DNA of 62,820 nt, the filler included, from Klebsormidium nitens (lineage: Eukaryota > Plantae > Klebsormidiophyceae), in the NCBI GenBank assembly GCA_000708835.1. It is 5 parts of 5 records of this genome, joined end to end, with 100 filler letters (N's around TTAATTAATTAA, not from the genome) between each part and the next. Parts side by side here need not be neighbours in the genome. Positions count along the whole stretch, not along the records: positions 1 to 23,188 come from DF237877.1; positions 23,289 to 39,726 come from DF238008.1; 3 more parts are not named here. One strand, given 5' to 3'. The notes below the pieces were generated by a model, which ran no database searches, was not told where the DNA came from, and was given only the letters and a program-made list of their open reading frames with translations. A program made the translations under genes and the position numbers. Shown here piece after piece: positions 12,062 through 23,399 of the stretch. Every line of letters starts with the position of its first letter. Position 1 is the stretch's first letter.

Positions 12062-15000
12062 ATGGCGTTGACTGTGAGCTACAAGCGCCAGCTAGGACTG
12101 CCTGAGTTTAGGACGTTCGCACACAGTCTCACAGATGGATATAAGTGCTCTGAGCGCGCTTCCTTGGAAAGCAGAAAGCACCAAATGTTATCAAACCCTG
12201 ACGGAAGATCTGCGGGCTTCCAAGCAGACTGGCTCAGGTGGTTGAAACTCGGGTGATCTTCGCAGTTGCCCCGGCTAGCAGCAGGCCACCTACCCCAGTG
12301 CCCCAGTTAGACCGGCCAATCGACGTGGCTAGATTTGCTATCGAGCGTGCCCCCGCACCTACGATTCTGCTGGTAGAAGACTCCTTCAAAATTATGGTAA
12401 GCTTATCAAGACTGCAATGTGGAAGTCGACTTTAGTTGCTTTTATGTAGAGGTTAGTAAAAGAGGACCCATGAGAGCTATGGCCTAATCAAAAGACCCTT
12501 CTTGCTCTTGGATGAATTTGCAATCTGCTTATAGCACTGGAAAAGAAGGTGTTTTGACAGACACGCTGAATATCTGCACATTTGTCCGTTTCTCCAGCAT
12601 GCCGTATCATGCTGGCTGTTAATCATTTCTACTAAGTACCAGCTGTTGGCTGAATCCTGCGGGTAAAAAGCGGACTGTGCTCTTGCAGATCGCTGGAGAG
12701 TCGGGGCTTGGGAAGTCAACATTCATCAACAACATCTTCTCTTCGTACAACGGGGGCAGGCCGATCATGCCGGACCACGCTGCCTCAGGCGAGACGGGGG
12801 GAGAAGCTGTCCTGCCAGCAGGAGTTGCGCCTGATGATGGATCTGCAGAGGAAGGTTCCTTGAAGCCTCCCACCTTGGCCATTGACCAATCATGTGTCTT
12901 CGCAACAAGAAATGCAGACCAGACAATGAACATCACCTACCGAATGGTAGACACTCCAGGCTGGGGAGACGACATAGACGTTTCCAGAAGGTGATTGTGA
13001 CCTACACGCGCCTACATTGATCTAGTGTGGACGTTTGAGGCCCAACAGGCATTGTCGTCGAGGGATAGTGTGCCGAGCGCGAAGTAGAGCAGCTTCCATG
13101 AACAGATTGCCAACTAGTATGCTCTTACTGATGCTGCCGGAAGTGGTGCTCTTGCCCAATGCTCACCTCGCAGCTCGGATGTAGCGTCTTACCTTAGGCC
13201 ATCTACCAACACTTAAGGGCAGCTTAACAGGGGAACCTGCAACAGTTTACTCTACGCAGACTCCCTCCTTGGGATCTTGTCATCGGTGCTTGCCTTCTTC
13301 ATCTAGTGGCCGTTCGACAGTGAAGTGGGTGCTTTGAAGACGTCATCTGCTGCCAATGAAACCCAGCATTAATCGATCGTACGGTCTCTGTGCAGCATTG
13401 CAAGAGTGACCGACTTCTTGCTGTCCTGCCACCGCGTCTACCAGGAGCGATTCACCGGCCAACCCTACGGTGTGGAGAAGGAGGACGAACGCGTCGCTTG
13501 TATTCTGTACTTCATCGCACCCCATCGGATCAAGCCGATTGATGTCGAGTTCATGAAGCAGCTGAGCAAGCTAGCACCCCTCATTCCGGTTGTGGGGAAG
13601 GTACGTGGAACAACGGTGTAGAAAGGGCACTCCGATCAACAATAACTTTACCTTGGTGTCTGCAGCTTTATGGCTCTTCGTCCAAATCAAAGCTAGTTTT
13701 CGATAGCGTTGAGTGCATATGCTCAAACCAATGGCTTTCTGCTGTCTCGTTCAAGTGGAATGTATCAGCCGTCCTGTATACTCTCGGTGGCCAACACATA
13801 AACGCATCGATCGGCTTGTATTCTGCAGGCTGACACGATGAGCAAACCGTCGAGATCAAACTTGGCTGCCGCAAGGAAGCCAAGTGAGGTGGAGAGCTTT
13901 CGACGGGTAGTGCTGAAGGAGCTTAAAGATAACGAGATCAGCTGCTTTCACGAACCGCCTAGGGTCTTCTTCGTGGGGGCCAGCAAGGTGTACGATCCCG
14001 TCAGACTGCAGGAAGATCCGGCAGTCTACTGGCCGGTAAGAGAGATACGGAATTGCACCTGTTGTGCAGATTGAAGCCAGAGCAGGCTGAACTCGACTAA
14101 CGCTCCGCTAAATGAACCCTCACGATGCTCTCATTCCACTCCGACCGTTTACAAAACCTCGATCGGCCTGGGGCCCGTTCGGGTTCACTCTGCAGTACCA
14201 AGAAGAGCTTTGCACAGACTTGGAACCACGGTTCGGCATGCCTGGCCCTCCCGGTACGGGGTGCTTCTCGAGATAGGCCGTCAAGTGGTCCTTGTCACGT
14301 GTTTACTTTTGCTCCATCTGCTTTTCGAATCTGGATCTCTCGCTGGAGAAAGCTGCTGATGGGCTGATGTGATCCAATACATCTCAGCGGTTCTCGGTCC
14401 TCAATCTAAACAATCTTTTGCAAGCTTCGCAGATCCGCGAGTATCCGTGGGGAGTGTGCAACATCCTGGACCCAAACCATACCGACACAGGCGAGCTCAA
14501 GCTCAGTATGCTTGGAAAGGACTACAGAAACCTACAACTCCGAAAGCGAGAGATCTACGAGGCAGCCGTGAACGACGGTCGGCTTGGACGTGAGTTCCAC
14601 CCCCAATCGCCTTCTTTTGCAAGTGGACCATATTACCACCACTTATGGGTTCTTTCTGTCGACTGGGCATGCTCAAGGTCCGGATCATTTTCACTGGTAA
14701 CTGATTCTCCAAAGAAGATCTGGTTGGCGAACGGTTCTCTTCCTTCTGTTTTCTCTCGCTGCTTAATTGCACTCTAAATTACGGGCACAAGCCGTTCTGG
14801 TTTGCGAACCTCGATTATGACCACAAGAGCCAGCTGTTTTCGCCCATCCACTTGATTGCCACGTAGCTGTGGCGCACGGTCTATGCAAGCGCGCCATAGC
14901 AGCCTCGGTTTCATTCTTCGCTAATTTCCATAAGATCGCCCACAATTGGATAGAAGTTGTTGTGCTTCGTTGCTGCAGTCGTGACGTCCAAGACGCCCAT

Positions 15001-15589
15001 CTGCTTGAGCACCCAGTACCGGGGCTCAGGAGGGAAGATGTGTACCGTGTACATCACCCGGTGGCTGAACGGAACCCCAGGAGCCATCTCTGCAGCCCAG
15101 CCCTCTTCGGAGTATGAGAACCTCCACCTGCAACAGCTCGACGACGAAAAGTTGCACTACGGCTCCGTCATAGGCCTGAAGCACAGCGAGACGCAGAAGT
15201 TTCTCTGTGATCAGAGCGGCCACTTGCTGCCGCCGAGGGGGCTGGCTTGGGATCGAGCAAGGGCGAACGACTTCGAGCAATTTAAGATTCTGGAGGCGCC
15301 GAAGGAATCCAAGAAAGCCAACGCCTACGGCTCGCCGGAGGAGGTCGAGGCAATTCTCGAGCGTCTCTACGTGGGCAGCAAGATCATACTCAGGAGCCTT
15401 GCAGTGCCGGACAATGAAACGAGCTACCTGTACTTCGACCAGAACCGGCGCTCGTATAAGAAAGAGCTGAACGAGGCAGGAAGGAACTTCGACAACCAAT
15501 ATGGGTTCGATCTGACTATTGCTGACAAAGCCACCGTCTGGACGATCTGCAACACAAAGGGGCAAGCTCGCCCTTGGTCGATCCCTTAA
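12062..15589 (+). CDS. Septin GTPase with a C-terminal beta-trefoil (MIR/fascin-like) extension, about 550 aa
   Basis: Exons 12062-12073 (tentative), 12238-12396, 12689-12990, 13396-13600, 13829-14035, 14433-14589 and 14979-15589 are all phase-compatible. FKIM|IAGESGLGKST (G1), DTPGWGDDID (G3), LYFIAPHR, GK|ADTM (G4), REYPWG (septin unique element). Confidence 0.88.
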
Positions 15590-16499
15590 TCTGCAATCAG
15601 GTCTTGTTAGTCAAAAGTTGGAACTTGAACAGGAGACTCGCAACAGGATGCAGACCGCGAGTCGCGAGACCAGGACAATCGAAGACGCCCCATCCTTTTT
15701 ATACATCTAGATTTTTGACTGCCCACGGCGTATAATCATAACTTGCATGCCGTACAGCAGTCCTGACCTGTAGGACGTGATCGCATCTGCCACTAGGCTA
15801 CCTAGGGAATCCTGCAAAAGCATTGGTCGTACTCCAGAGGTATACGCTTCGTTTCAGATGCTCGGCCCAATTCAGCAGTAGTTGGCCCTAGAATAAGATT
15901 ATGGTGAATCTCCCGTCGAAAACTTGAAATGGGAAAACTGCGATTCACTTGGTGTTATATAGGGGTTTTTGCAACACAAGAAAGAAGAAGAACCGTTGGA
16001 TAGCCTTGCAACAACAACTGATGGGAAAAGCTGGCAGCAGACGGACCAAGGTCTTAAGTGAAACTCTGCGAGTGGTATGCAATTGCTAGCTGGGCGAAGA
16101 GTCATGATTTACTCGTAACTCACATCACGCCATGCATTATTGTGAGCTTCGCATGAAGCAGGCGAGACCTGCTTCGATAGCTGATCTAGATGCCTCGGCC
16201 TACTTAGAAATCTCACCAGAAGCAAATCTAGCTCACTATAGTTTACGAGCGTTTTCTAGTGAATCGCGACATATCATTAAATCCATGGCATTGCTCCATG
16301 GCCGGCAGTCCACTTCGAAAGATGCGATTAAGAAGCACATATGGACTGCATATGATCGCGTGTGTGCACCTCTGAGTCATGCAAGGTCCTCAAGAGCATG
16401 CATGAAAGTGAACTGAGCAACAAACGCTGAGGCTGTCCACAATGGGCCCACTCCGCTTCTCACTGACGACTTTTATGAATCAGCACAAACACCTCTACA

Positions 16500-17620
16500 C
16501 CTTTTCTGGCTCCATCAGGAGGGGGATGTGAGTAGAGTACTTGAGTGTCAAAGTACTTGCTTGCTCGTCTGAAGAACTTTGCGTCCTTCTTCCAGCGCCT
16601 CAAATGTGCTATTAATATCTTCTGCTTACCCCCTAGCATGCAGCTATTGCTCGCACCTTCAATATTACTCGAGGCACCCCTTTCGGGATCTTCTCTCCTA
16701 AGACCAACCTCAGATTCAAGCTCTTCTTTTCGCTTGGTGCTGGTTGCCTTGAGCTACCTTCGGCTACTCTTTGTCCGCTGAGCCAACGGAGAGTCTGCAA
16801 GAGAGGCACTGTGAGAAAGGCTTTTGTCCCATCCTTGTCCAGAGTCTGTCTGAACTCCTTGGGTCCTGTCCGAAGGTAGTCTGGGGTTAATCTCGGACTT
16901 TAGACCGTCCAGCCTGTCTGAAACTTGTCTGGAAGGTGTCCCAACTAGGTCTGAACCATGTCCACTTCTTGTCTAAATGCTAGCTAGGCTCGAACAGTGT
17001 ATCATAGTACACAACGTCTGAAGCAACGACCAGATCAAAGGCTCCTCCTTGCTCGACTAGTCTAGCCACGTCCTGCCTCACGCCCCAAGAAAGAGGCTCA
17101 ACTTCTATACCGTGATTCCCTCCCGAAGCCTTTTCCAAGAGTGGTTCTAGAACATGTTGAGAGCTCTCTTTCAAGCTCTGTGTGCCTCCGTTGAGCTCCA
17201 TGGCTGTGCTTTTGGCTAACGCGTCGCCAGTGCAAAGATGCAAACCGTTCTTACATCTGTCCGCTTCATTCCTACCAAAGCACCCCCTGTCTGCTCAAGC
17301 TGCTCACTTACCAAATCCACTGTACAACCGCTGACAGCTGCGCTATGGCTCTTTTTGTTACCTCTAAACCTCCCCTGGTTTAGCGCCACATTCTCCCGCA
17401 AGTTCTCCAACACAGCAGGAAGGTCGCTCAGAGTCACAGAAGCTCCCAACTTTGCAGCAAAGATGCCGACCAAGCCAGTCCCCGCAACAAGCTCTAGAAC
17501 TCTCTTCCCTCGCAGGCCACCAGAGGCTTCGTATCTAGCCTCCAAGTAATGACAGAGCGCCTCAGCAGCCGGCCATAGCTGGAAGGACTGGCCTCTGCAT
17601 AGGGATGCAGGCAAGGTTGA
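16500..17620 (-). pseudogene. METTL21/EEF1AKMT-like lysine methyltransferase pseudogene
   Basis: SFQLWPAA, RVLELVAGTGLVG (motif I Gly read as Val), VTLSDLP, FDLVVASDVVYYDTLFEP, TLRWL and ILIAHLRRWKKDAKFF. There is a frameshift near 17230 and no clear donor site near 16980. Confidence 0.8.
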
Positions 17621-19339
17621 TAGCAAGCAATCTCACAAAGACAATCTGCTTGAATTGATTCCTGAACGTAGATACAAAGCCCTTGTCGGAGAAGGCATCC
17701 CCTCGTCAGACTGCCAGAGCTGTTAAGAGCGAGGCACTATGGACATCTAGCAGCCAGATTTTGCCCTGAGGAAACAACAGGCAGCACCCTCCTCGCTTAT
17801 CCGAGAGACAAGTCTGCAGAAGATGGTCCATCAGATTGGAAAGAAGTGAAAGGTTCCCTTCCCTCAGGTTCTTGAGTGATACGCAATCCTGATACCATCT
17901 ATCTTAGTGTTTCGCTTTCGAGACCCTCTGGTCATGTCGCTGGGTTCGGGAATTTATAAGTTTGCAGGAGAGACTTAGCTTGCTCTGGTCTGCACTAACG
18001 CCTTCCAGAAAGTCATTGACGTAATCGGTGGACTCTGTATCAAGCTCTGCGCGAATCGATGAGAGGCCCGCACCCTCTAGCTAAGTGGGGACTTTGAAAG
18101 ACAATGTCCAAGTGTCTCGACAGAGTACGCAAGTCCAAAAACAAGGACGAAAGCAAGAATGCTCCGCTAACCTCGATGCACCAAGACTGGAGGGATGTTG
18201 TGCAGGCTGATCGGTGTGTACCCAACTTGTATGCGCACATCGCAGGCTATCTTGAGGTTTTCATCGTGCACTCTTTCCGTTTGTCTTCCGCTGTCCCCCT
18301 GGAAAAATTCTCTCTCCTGACAACCATTTCTAGAGGTTTCGGGGGTTTGGGAGTTGGCGTCAAGCTCGTTTGGTGCTTCCCAGTTCCAAGCACACCGTTC
18401 CCTTTTCCTCATCGCAGTCTAAACTGCTGTGCATCATTTCCCCTACTTGATAGTATCCCACTATCGTCAAGTTTGGAATTTCGTCCAGATGTGATTTTGC
18501 TCACACTGTTAAAACGCAGCTCTTCGTTAAAGCAAACTCTACGGAAGTACTAGCTCGCTGTTGCTGTACAAGAGATTGCCAACTACTAACTCTGCGGCTT
18601 CACCTTCTGCATATTACCTACTATTGCTAGGAAGCTCGCCCTGAGAAAAGGATCTAGGAAGACTGAGATGCCTTCCGTAATCACGCCTTCCACATTCTGG
18701 CGGTGCCGTCCATTGAGCACGTGAGAAGATAAGGCCGCTCCGCGTGTTATGCTAGGCCGGTGACCTGCAAACGCACAGAAACTTATTAACGCGCCTGTAC
18801 GGGAATTTCGTTACAGCCACGAGCAATCCGTGACGGGAGGTCGCTAGATACAGTAGACCTCCTTTAAGGTGGGGGGGCACTTTTTGATGAAACAACAAAC
18901 AGAGATAACTACCACTGTCTCCAAAACCTGGCAGAGACGAGAGAGCCTGCGCATCATTCTCGCAGCTTAGACACAGAGGCTGCACCACGGGGAAATCTTG
19001 TCTACGTAAATTCCCTTGTAATTGGCAAAACATTCACATTCATGGACCAGTCGAGCAACGCACCTAGTCACCATGGTGTTCACTTTCACTGTTTTCGCTT
19101 TGCAAATTCAAGAAACATTTGTCCGTTCACTTCACAACAAATTCTACCTGAGTAGACCGGGTTTGTCAGCCATAAAGTAGGCAGCTTATCAGCAGAGAAT
19201 GCAACTCCAAAGCAGAGACAATCGGGACTTACCGTCATCGCATGTGCTTTGAAGGAGGCTCTCTTGTCTTCTTCCACCAAGTCCAGGCGAAGACTTGCCC
19301 GTCCTCTGAGCCGCTCAGCACATGTGCATCGTCGTTGCT

Positions 19340-19745
19340 GAAGCAGTTGCCCACTTTGTACGACTGCAAAACGAGGTGCATGCTAAAATGTTTCTCGAAA
19401 ACAAAGACACAGGCAGAAGTGACTTGACACGTGTGAAGAGGCTGTTGTAAAACGAGGCAGAAGAACCAAGAGGCGCCAAGATAACAGGCAAAGTTGGCTT
19501 AGAAAGTGAGCAAGGTGGAAAGAAGCTGTCGTGAAACGAGGCCAACGAACCAATATACGCCAAGATACCAGGCAAAGTTGAAAGGAAGTGTGAGCTTCAA
19601 CATGTGAAAAAGCTGTTTTGAAACGAGGCAAAAGAGCGAAAGACGGGGCAAAGACACCAGGCAAAGTTGGATACGAATGTAGGCATCGACATGTGAAGAA
19701 GCTGTCACGAAACGAGGCAGAAGAAGCAGAAACGAGGCAAGACAA
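19340..19745 (+). repeat. Degenerate tandem repeat, unit about 81-89 bp, about 5 copies, apparently protein-coding
   Basis: The AAACGAGG core recurs near 19371, 19452, 19536, 19623 and 19712. Units translate to about HVKKLSRNEAxExxxAKIPGKVG. Confidence 0.8.
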
Positions 19746-21426
19746 TCAGATGGGAACCTGTGCCTAAGCGTAGCTACGAGATATTGCTTCCAGCAGAGTG
19801 CTTGACTAGCAAGTGGGAGGACATGGAACAGAAACAGACAAGGGCAGCGCTTATAGCTTGTCGGATCACCCGTTTGCATGAAAGAGACGTTTGTTGGGAC
19901 TGATTTCGTGCTCTTCAAATTTGTGCTTGAAGGAGAGTGACTGAAAAGGAAAAAGACACTTTGCAGGCATCTCCATCACAGAGACGAGGCATCCAGAGGA
20001 GGCTAAATTCCAGCAAGCATATAGGGAAGGCCCTGAGTCAGGAGTGGATCAGTCGTGTTTGTCCGCAAAAGCCGCGCCAAAGCACGGGCCTAGGATGACA
20101 ATAAAACGGTCATCATGTCCACTTCCGGAAATCAAGCTCGAGCTCTCCACAAAGACTTAGAACAGACAAATGAGGCTCTTCAAACAAAAGTCTTTCATGA
20201 GATTCAATGAGGCGATCAGTCCGAAAGGTCAATAGACTGACCTTATTTACGTGGCCACGATACTCGTTCAGAACGTCCCCGCTTGTCCTGCAAACGACAA
20301 CGTGCAAGAATGTGAGAGAACATCCAAACGGTATTCAGAAGAGGACACCAAACAATTGGAAGAACTTTATTGATATCAACCCATCTGAGAGACTTTGAAG
20401 TCCTACATCGAAGAAACTTTCCTGTCCTACACTTCAGATGGATGGAGCAGACGCTTGCAAACAACCAAGTGCGTGCATATCCTCTCCTGCTTAGCGCATG
20501 CTTCTCTAAGCAGATGAGATGAGGCTTCTGCATGACTATCTAGCGTAAGCTCCTCTGAAAAGAGATGAGGTTTCGGCTCAACTGTCTTGCGTAAGCTCCT
20601 CTGAGGAAGTGCAACGAAACTTCGGCTCACCTGTCAATGACCCGCAGTGTGTTCTCCAGATTCAGACAGCACCTCGGCATCAGCTAGTAACAAGGCGAGC
20701 GTGCTTGAACAGGGGCGCTGCTGTAGGCTGAGAGACCGAATGCGCGAGCGCGGCAGTTCGAGGTACGCACCTTCTTGCGCTTGGTGCCTCGTCTCTTGAA
20801 AACCAAGGTGGGCTCCGACTCGGAGCGGGAAGAATCGTCCGCTTGGGCCTGAGAAGGAGAGCGCGCTGCGTCAGAAAAGTACCCTCAAATCGAATGCATC
20901 AGGCACGAGATGCCACATGGTATCTTCGATTAGAGCCTTGACGAAGCTCGTCAAAAATAACGGCCTGTTGTTGTTGGCAGGGTCCTTGGGAGATGAGTCC
21001 TGGTCCGTCGAATCTGCAGTGGACGAATTGTGTTGCGGCTCTGAAAGTCGCCAGTGGAAGATGCGCGCAATAATACCGGTTGTGAATGCTTGCCCTCCTC
21101 GCCGGCTCCGGCGTCGATGACCATGCGCTCTTCGATCCCATCAAGCCTCGCGGACTTGGTTGGGAAGCTCTTGGGCGTGGCGCTCGACTGAGGGGCGCAT
21201 CTGTCGGGTAAGCTCCCGGTGCCGTCAGATTCGTCCATAGCTTCGTTGGCAGCTGGTACCTAATGCAAGATGGGCGGACGCTCAGCGAAGGAAGGGAAGC
21301 CTTCGACCTCCGAGGAAGAGTCTTAAAGAAGGCGAGCCTCCAACATCCTCAAGAGAATATCGGAAAGCCGTACGCCCAATACTCAAAACTCCTGTGTACG
21401 TCGCAGCTGCCCTACCCTTTTCTGAG

Positions 21427-21765
21427 ATGGATACATCGCGGATGAATGAGTTGCTGACACTCGTCCTCTGGAAGGCGTTCGATGACGGAGGAAATCGGTT
21501 CCCGATCGATTTTGACGATGCGTGGCCATTCCTCGAGTACTGTTCGCGGATCAGTGCCTTGAGGATGTTGAAGAAGTACTTTGAGGAAGGAAAAGACTTC
21601 CAGAGACGTTTGGTGGGAAGAGGCCGGGCAGACAAGTACTGCATGACTGTCAAAGCCTTCGAGTTCTTCGCCATGCGTGCCCCTGGGAAGAAGGGCGACG
21701 ATGTACGGTACTTTTTCGTTGCAGCCCGTGATGCCTGGTCACGATTCACGGCAAAGGATGAATGA
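21427..21765 (+). CDS. Stand-alone MSV199/AntA-like DNA-binding protein
   Basis: FPIDFDDAWPFLEYCSRISALRMLKKYFEEGKDF...GRADKYCMTVKAFEFFAMRAPGKKGDDVRYFF is uninterrupted and is a clear paralog of the N-terminal part of 2871-3952. Confidence 0.7.
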   Translation: MDTSRMNELLTLVLWKAFDDGGNRFPIDFDDAWPFLEYCSRISALRMLKKYFEEGKDFQRRLVGRGRADKYCMTVKAFEFFAMRAPGKKGDDVRYFFVAARDAWSRFTAKDE

Positions 21766-23188
21766 GGCGATTCATATCAAGCGACAGAAAGAGTTGAAGC
21801 AGCCACCACCTTCGTGAGACGCGGCTCCGATAGCGGGTGTGCCACGAGCGGACAGAAGCATTGTTAGAGCTAGCAACCTTCTATGTGGGCCGGCAGGCCA
21901 GAGTACAAATTGGATGTTAGCAGCCACGTGAAGATTTCTCAGCAGCAAATATTACATTTCAGGAAAATGAGATCGAAACGCCATGGCAGGAGTTGGAAAG
22001 TAGATTTTTGACGTAGTTTTTATAGATTGCTGGCTGCTATGACAAGGATGAGCGCTGACTAGCTTCTACTTGCTCAACAAAAAGTACACTGTGGGAAGAA
22101 CAGGCGAAGGAAGATGTTGCAGAGTACTTTAAGCTGTTCCATGAATCGCAGTGTTTCTTGGTAACTGGTCGTTTGTACATGCAACAATGAATTTGGAGTT
22201 GGATACCAAAGTCCTACTTAAGGATCAATGCAATATAGGCCCAAGGAAAGTGGCTAGATAGACTTGCCGCATGGAGTTGCTTAAAAAATCTGACTTGGAT
22301 AGCAAGCTGTTGTACAATGGTCACTTTGCTGAATGGATTATTGGTAAGTATTCTCATGATCCAGTTGATGCATGATAAGCTGATCAAATCAGTCTTTGAG
22401 CTCACATTACCACAATGATTATTGACATGCATGGACTGCCAGCGGTATGTCTCAGCTCAAATTTGTTTCATGGTGGGCTGGATTGGAACTTCAAGTAGCT
22501 CGAACTTACATCAATCTCCAACTGGAGTTCTGTCTGACCATCTTCACGTCGCCTTCTCTTCAAGAAGTCTTTGAATGCCTCCCCATTCATGTCTTCTATA
22601 GCCATCGAAGATTGTTTGGGAGCTTGTGGAGCTGTTACAGCCCTGATTGAGCTGATGCGAGTGAGTGATCAACGCATGGTGCTCTGAATGCGTGCTGTTG
22701 GCCGCACCAATTTGTTCTCTGCAACGTGGTGGCAGACTGCAGCGTCGGACTGCTAAAGAAATCTGCCTTGCGAGATTGCGGGTCGTACAATGCGAGCCCT
22801 GCTGCTTGGATCTGAGAAAATCCTCCTCGTGAGCTCTAGTGTGGCCTGCATCGACATGGTCCTTGTCAGGCAATTCGACTAAGGAGGGCGCGCTGCACAC
22901 AGTTCCCTGGCTGAGTGAACTCAGCTTGACTCAGTGGCGTCGGAAGCTGAGGGCGCAGCAAAGGTACCAGCAGCTTCTCAAGTTTCAAGAGTGGCACTGG
23001 CCTGCCGCCAGTGATCATCAGCGGCGGCTTGGTGCTTGCCGGATACTCTTGTATCAGATTTTGTTCCCTGTTGATAAGCATAGGCAGTACAGCCACGGTA
23101 CCGTACTGTACCTTAGTAGCCCGGCTCGAGGCTGCAGCCCAATGCAGCCCAACTCACGTACTGACCAGTATAGGTACTCACTCTCCAA

Positions 23189-23288
23189 NNNNNNNNNNNN
23201 NNNNNNNNNNNNNNNNNNNNNNNNNNNNNNNNTTAATTAATTAANNNNNNNNNNNNNNNNNNNNNNNNNNNNNNNNNNNNNNNNNNNN
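23189..23288. other. Assembly gap with TTAATTAATTAA linker (others at 39727-39826, 45494-45593, 48200-48299; long gap without linker at 35378-36150)
   Basis: N-runs with an identical central 12-mer that has stops in all six frames. Confidence 0.95.
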
Positions 23289-23399
23289 AATGAAGTGCTC
23301 CCCTCTGTAACATGCTTTCCCATTAAACTACGTTGTCGATTTATCATTAATTTGCTTGCATGGATGCTGTGCAACGTTGAGGCGGATTAGGGTTTACGA

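Noticed and set aside
19340-19745. Possible CRISPR-like array
   Set aside because: The whole units are homologous with no unique spacers, they keep a reading frame, and no cas genes are present.
23233-23244. TTAATTAATTAA palindrome repeated at 39771, 45538 and 48244
   Set aside because: It always sits in the middle of an N-run, so it is an artificial scaffolding linker. Adjacency across these gaps is therefore not guaranteed.
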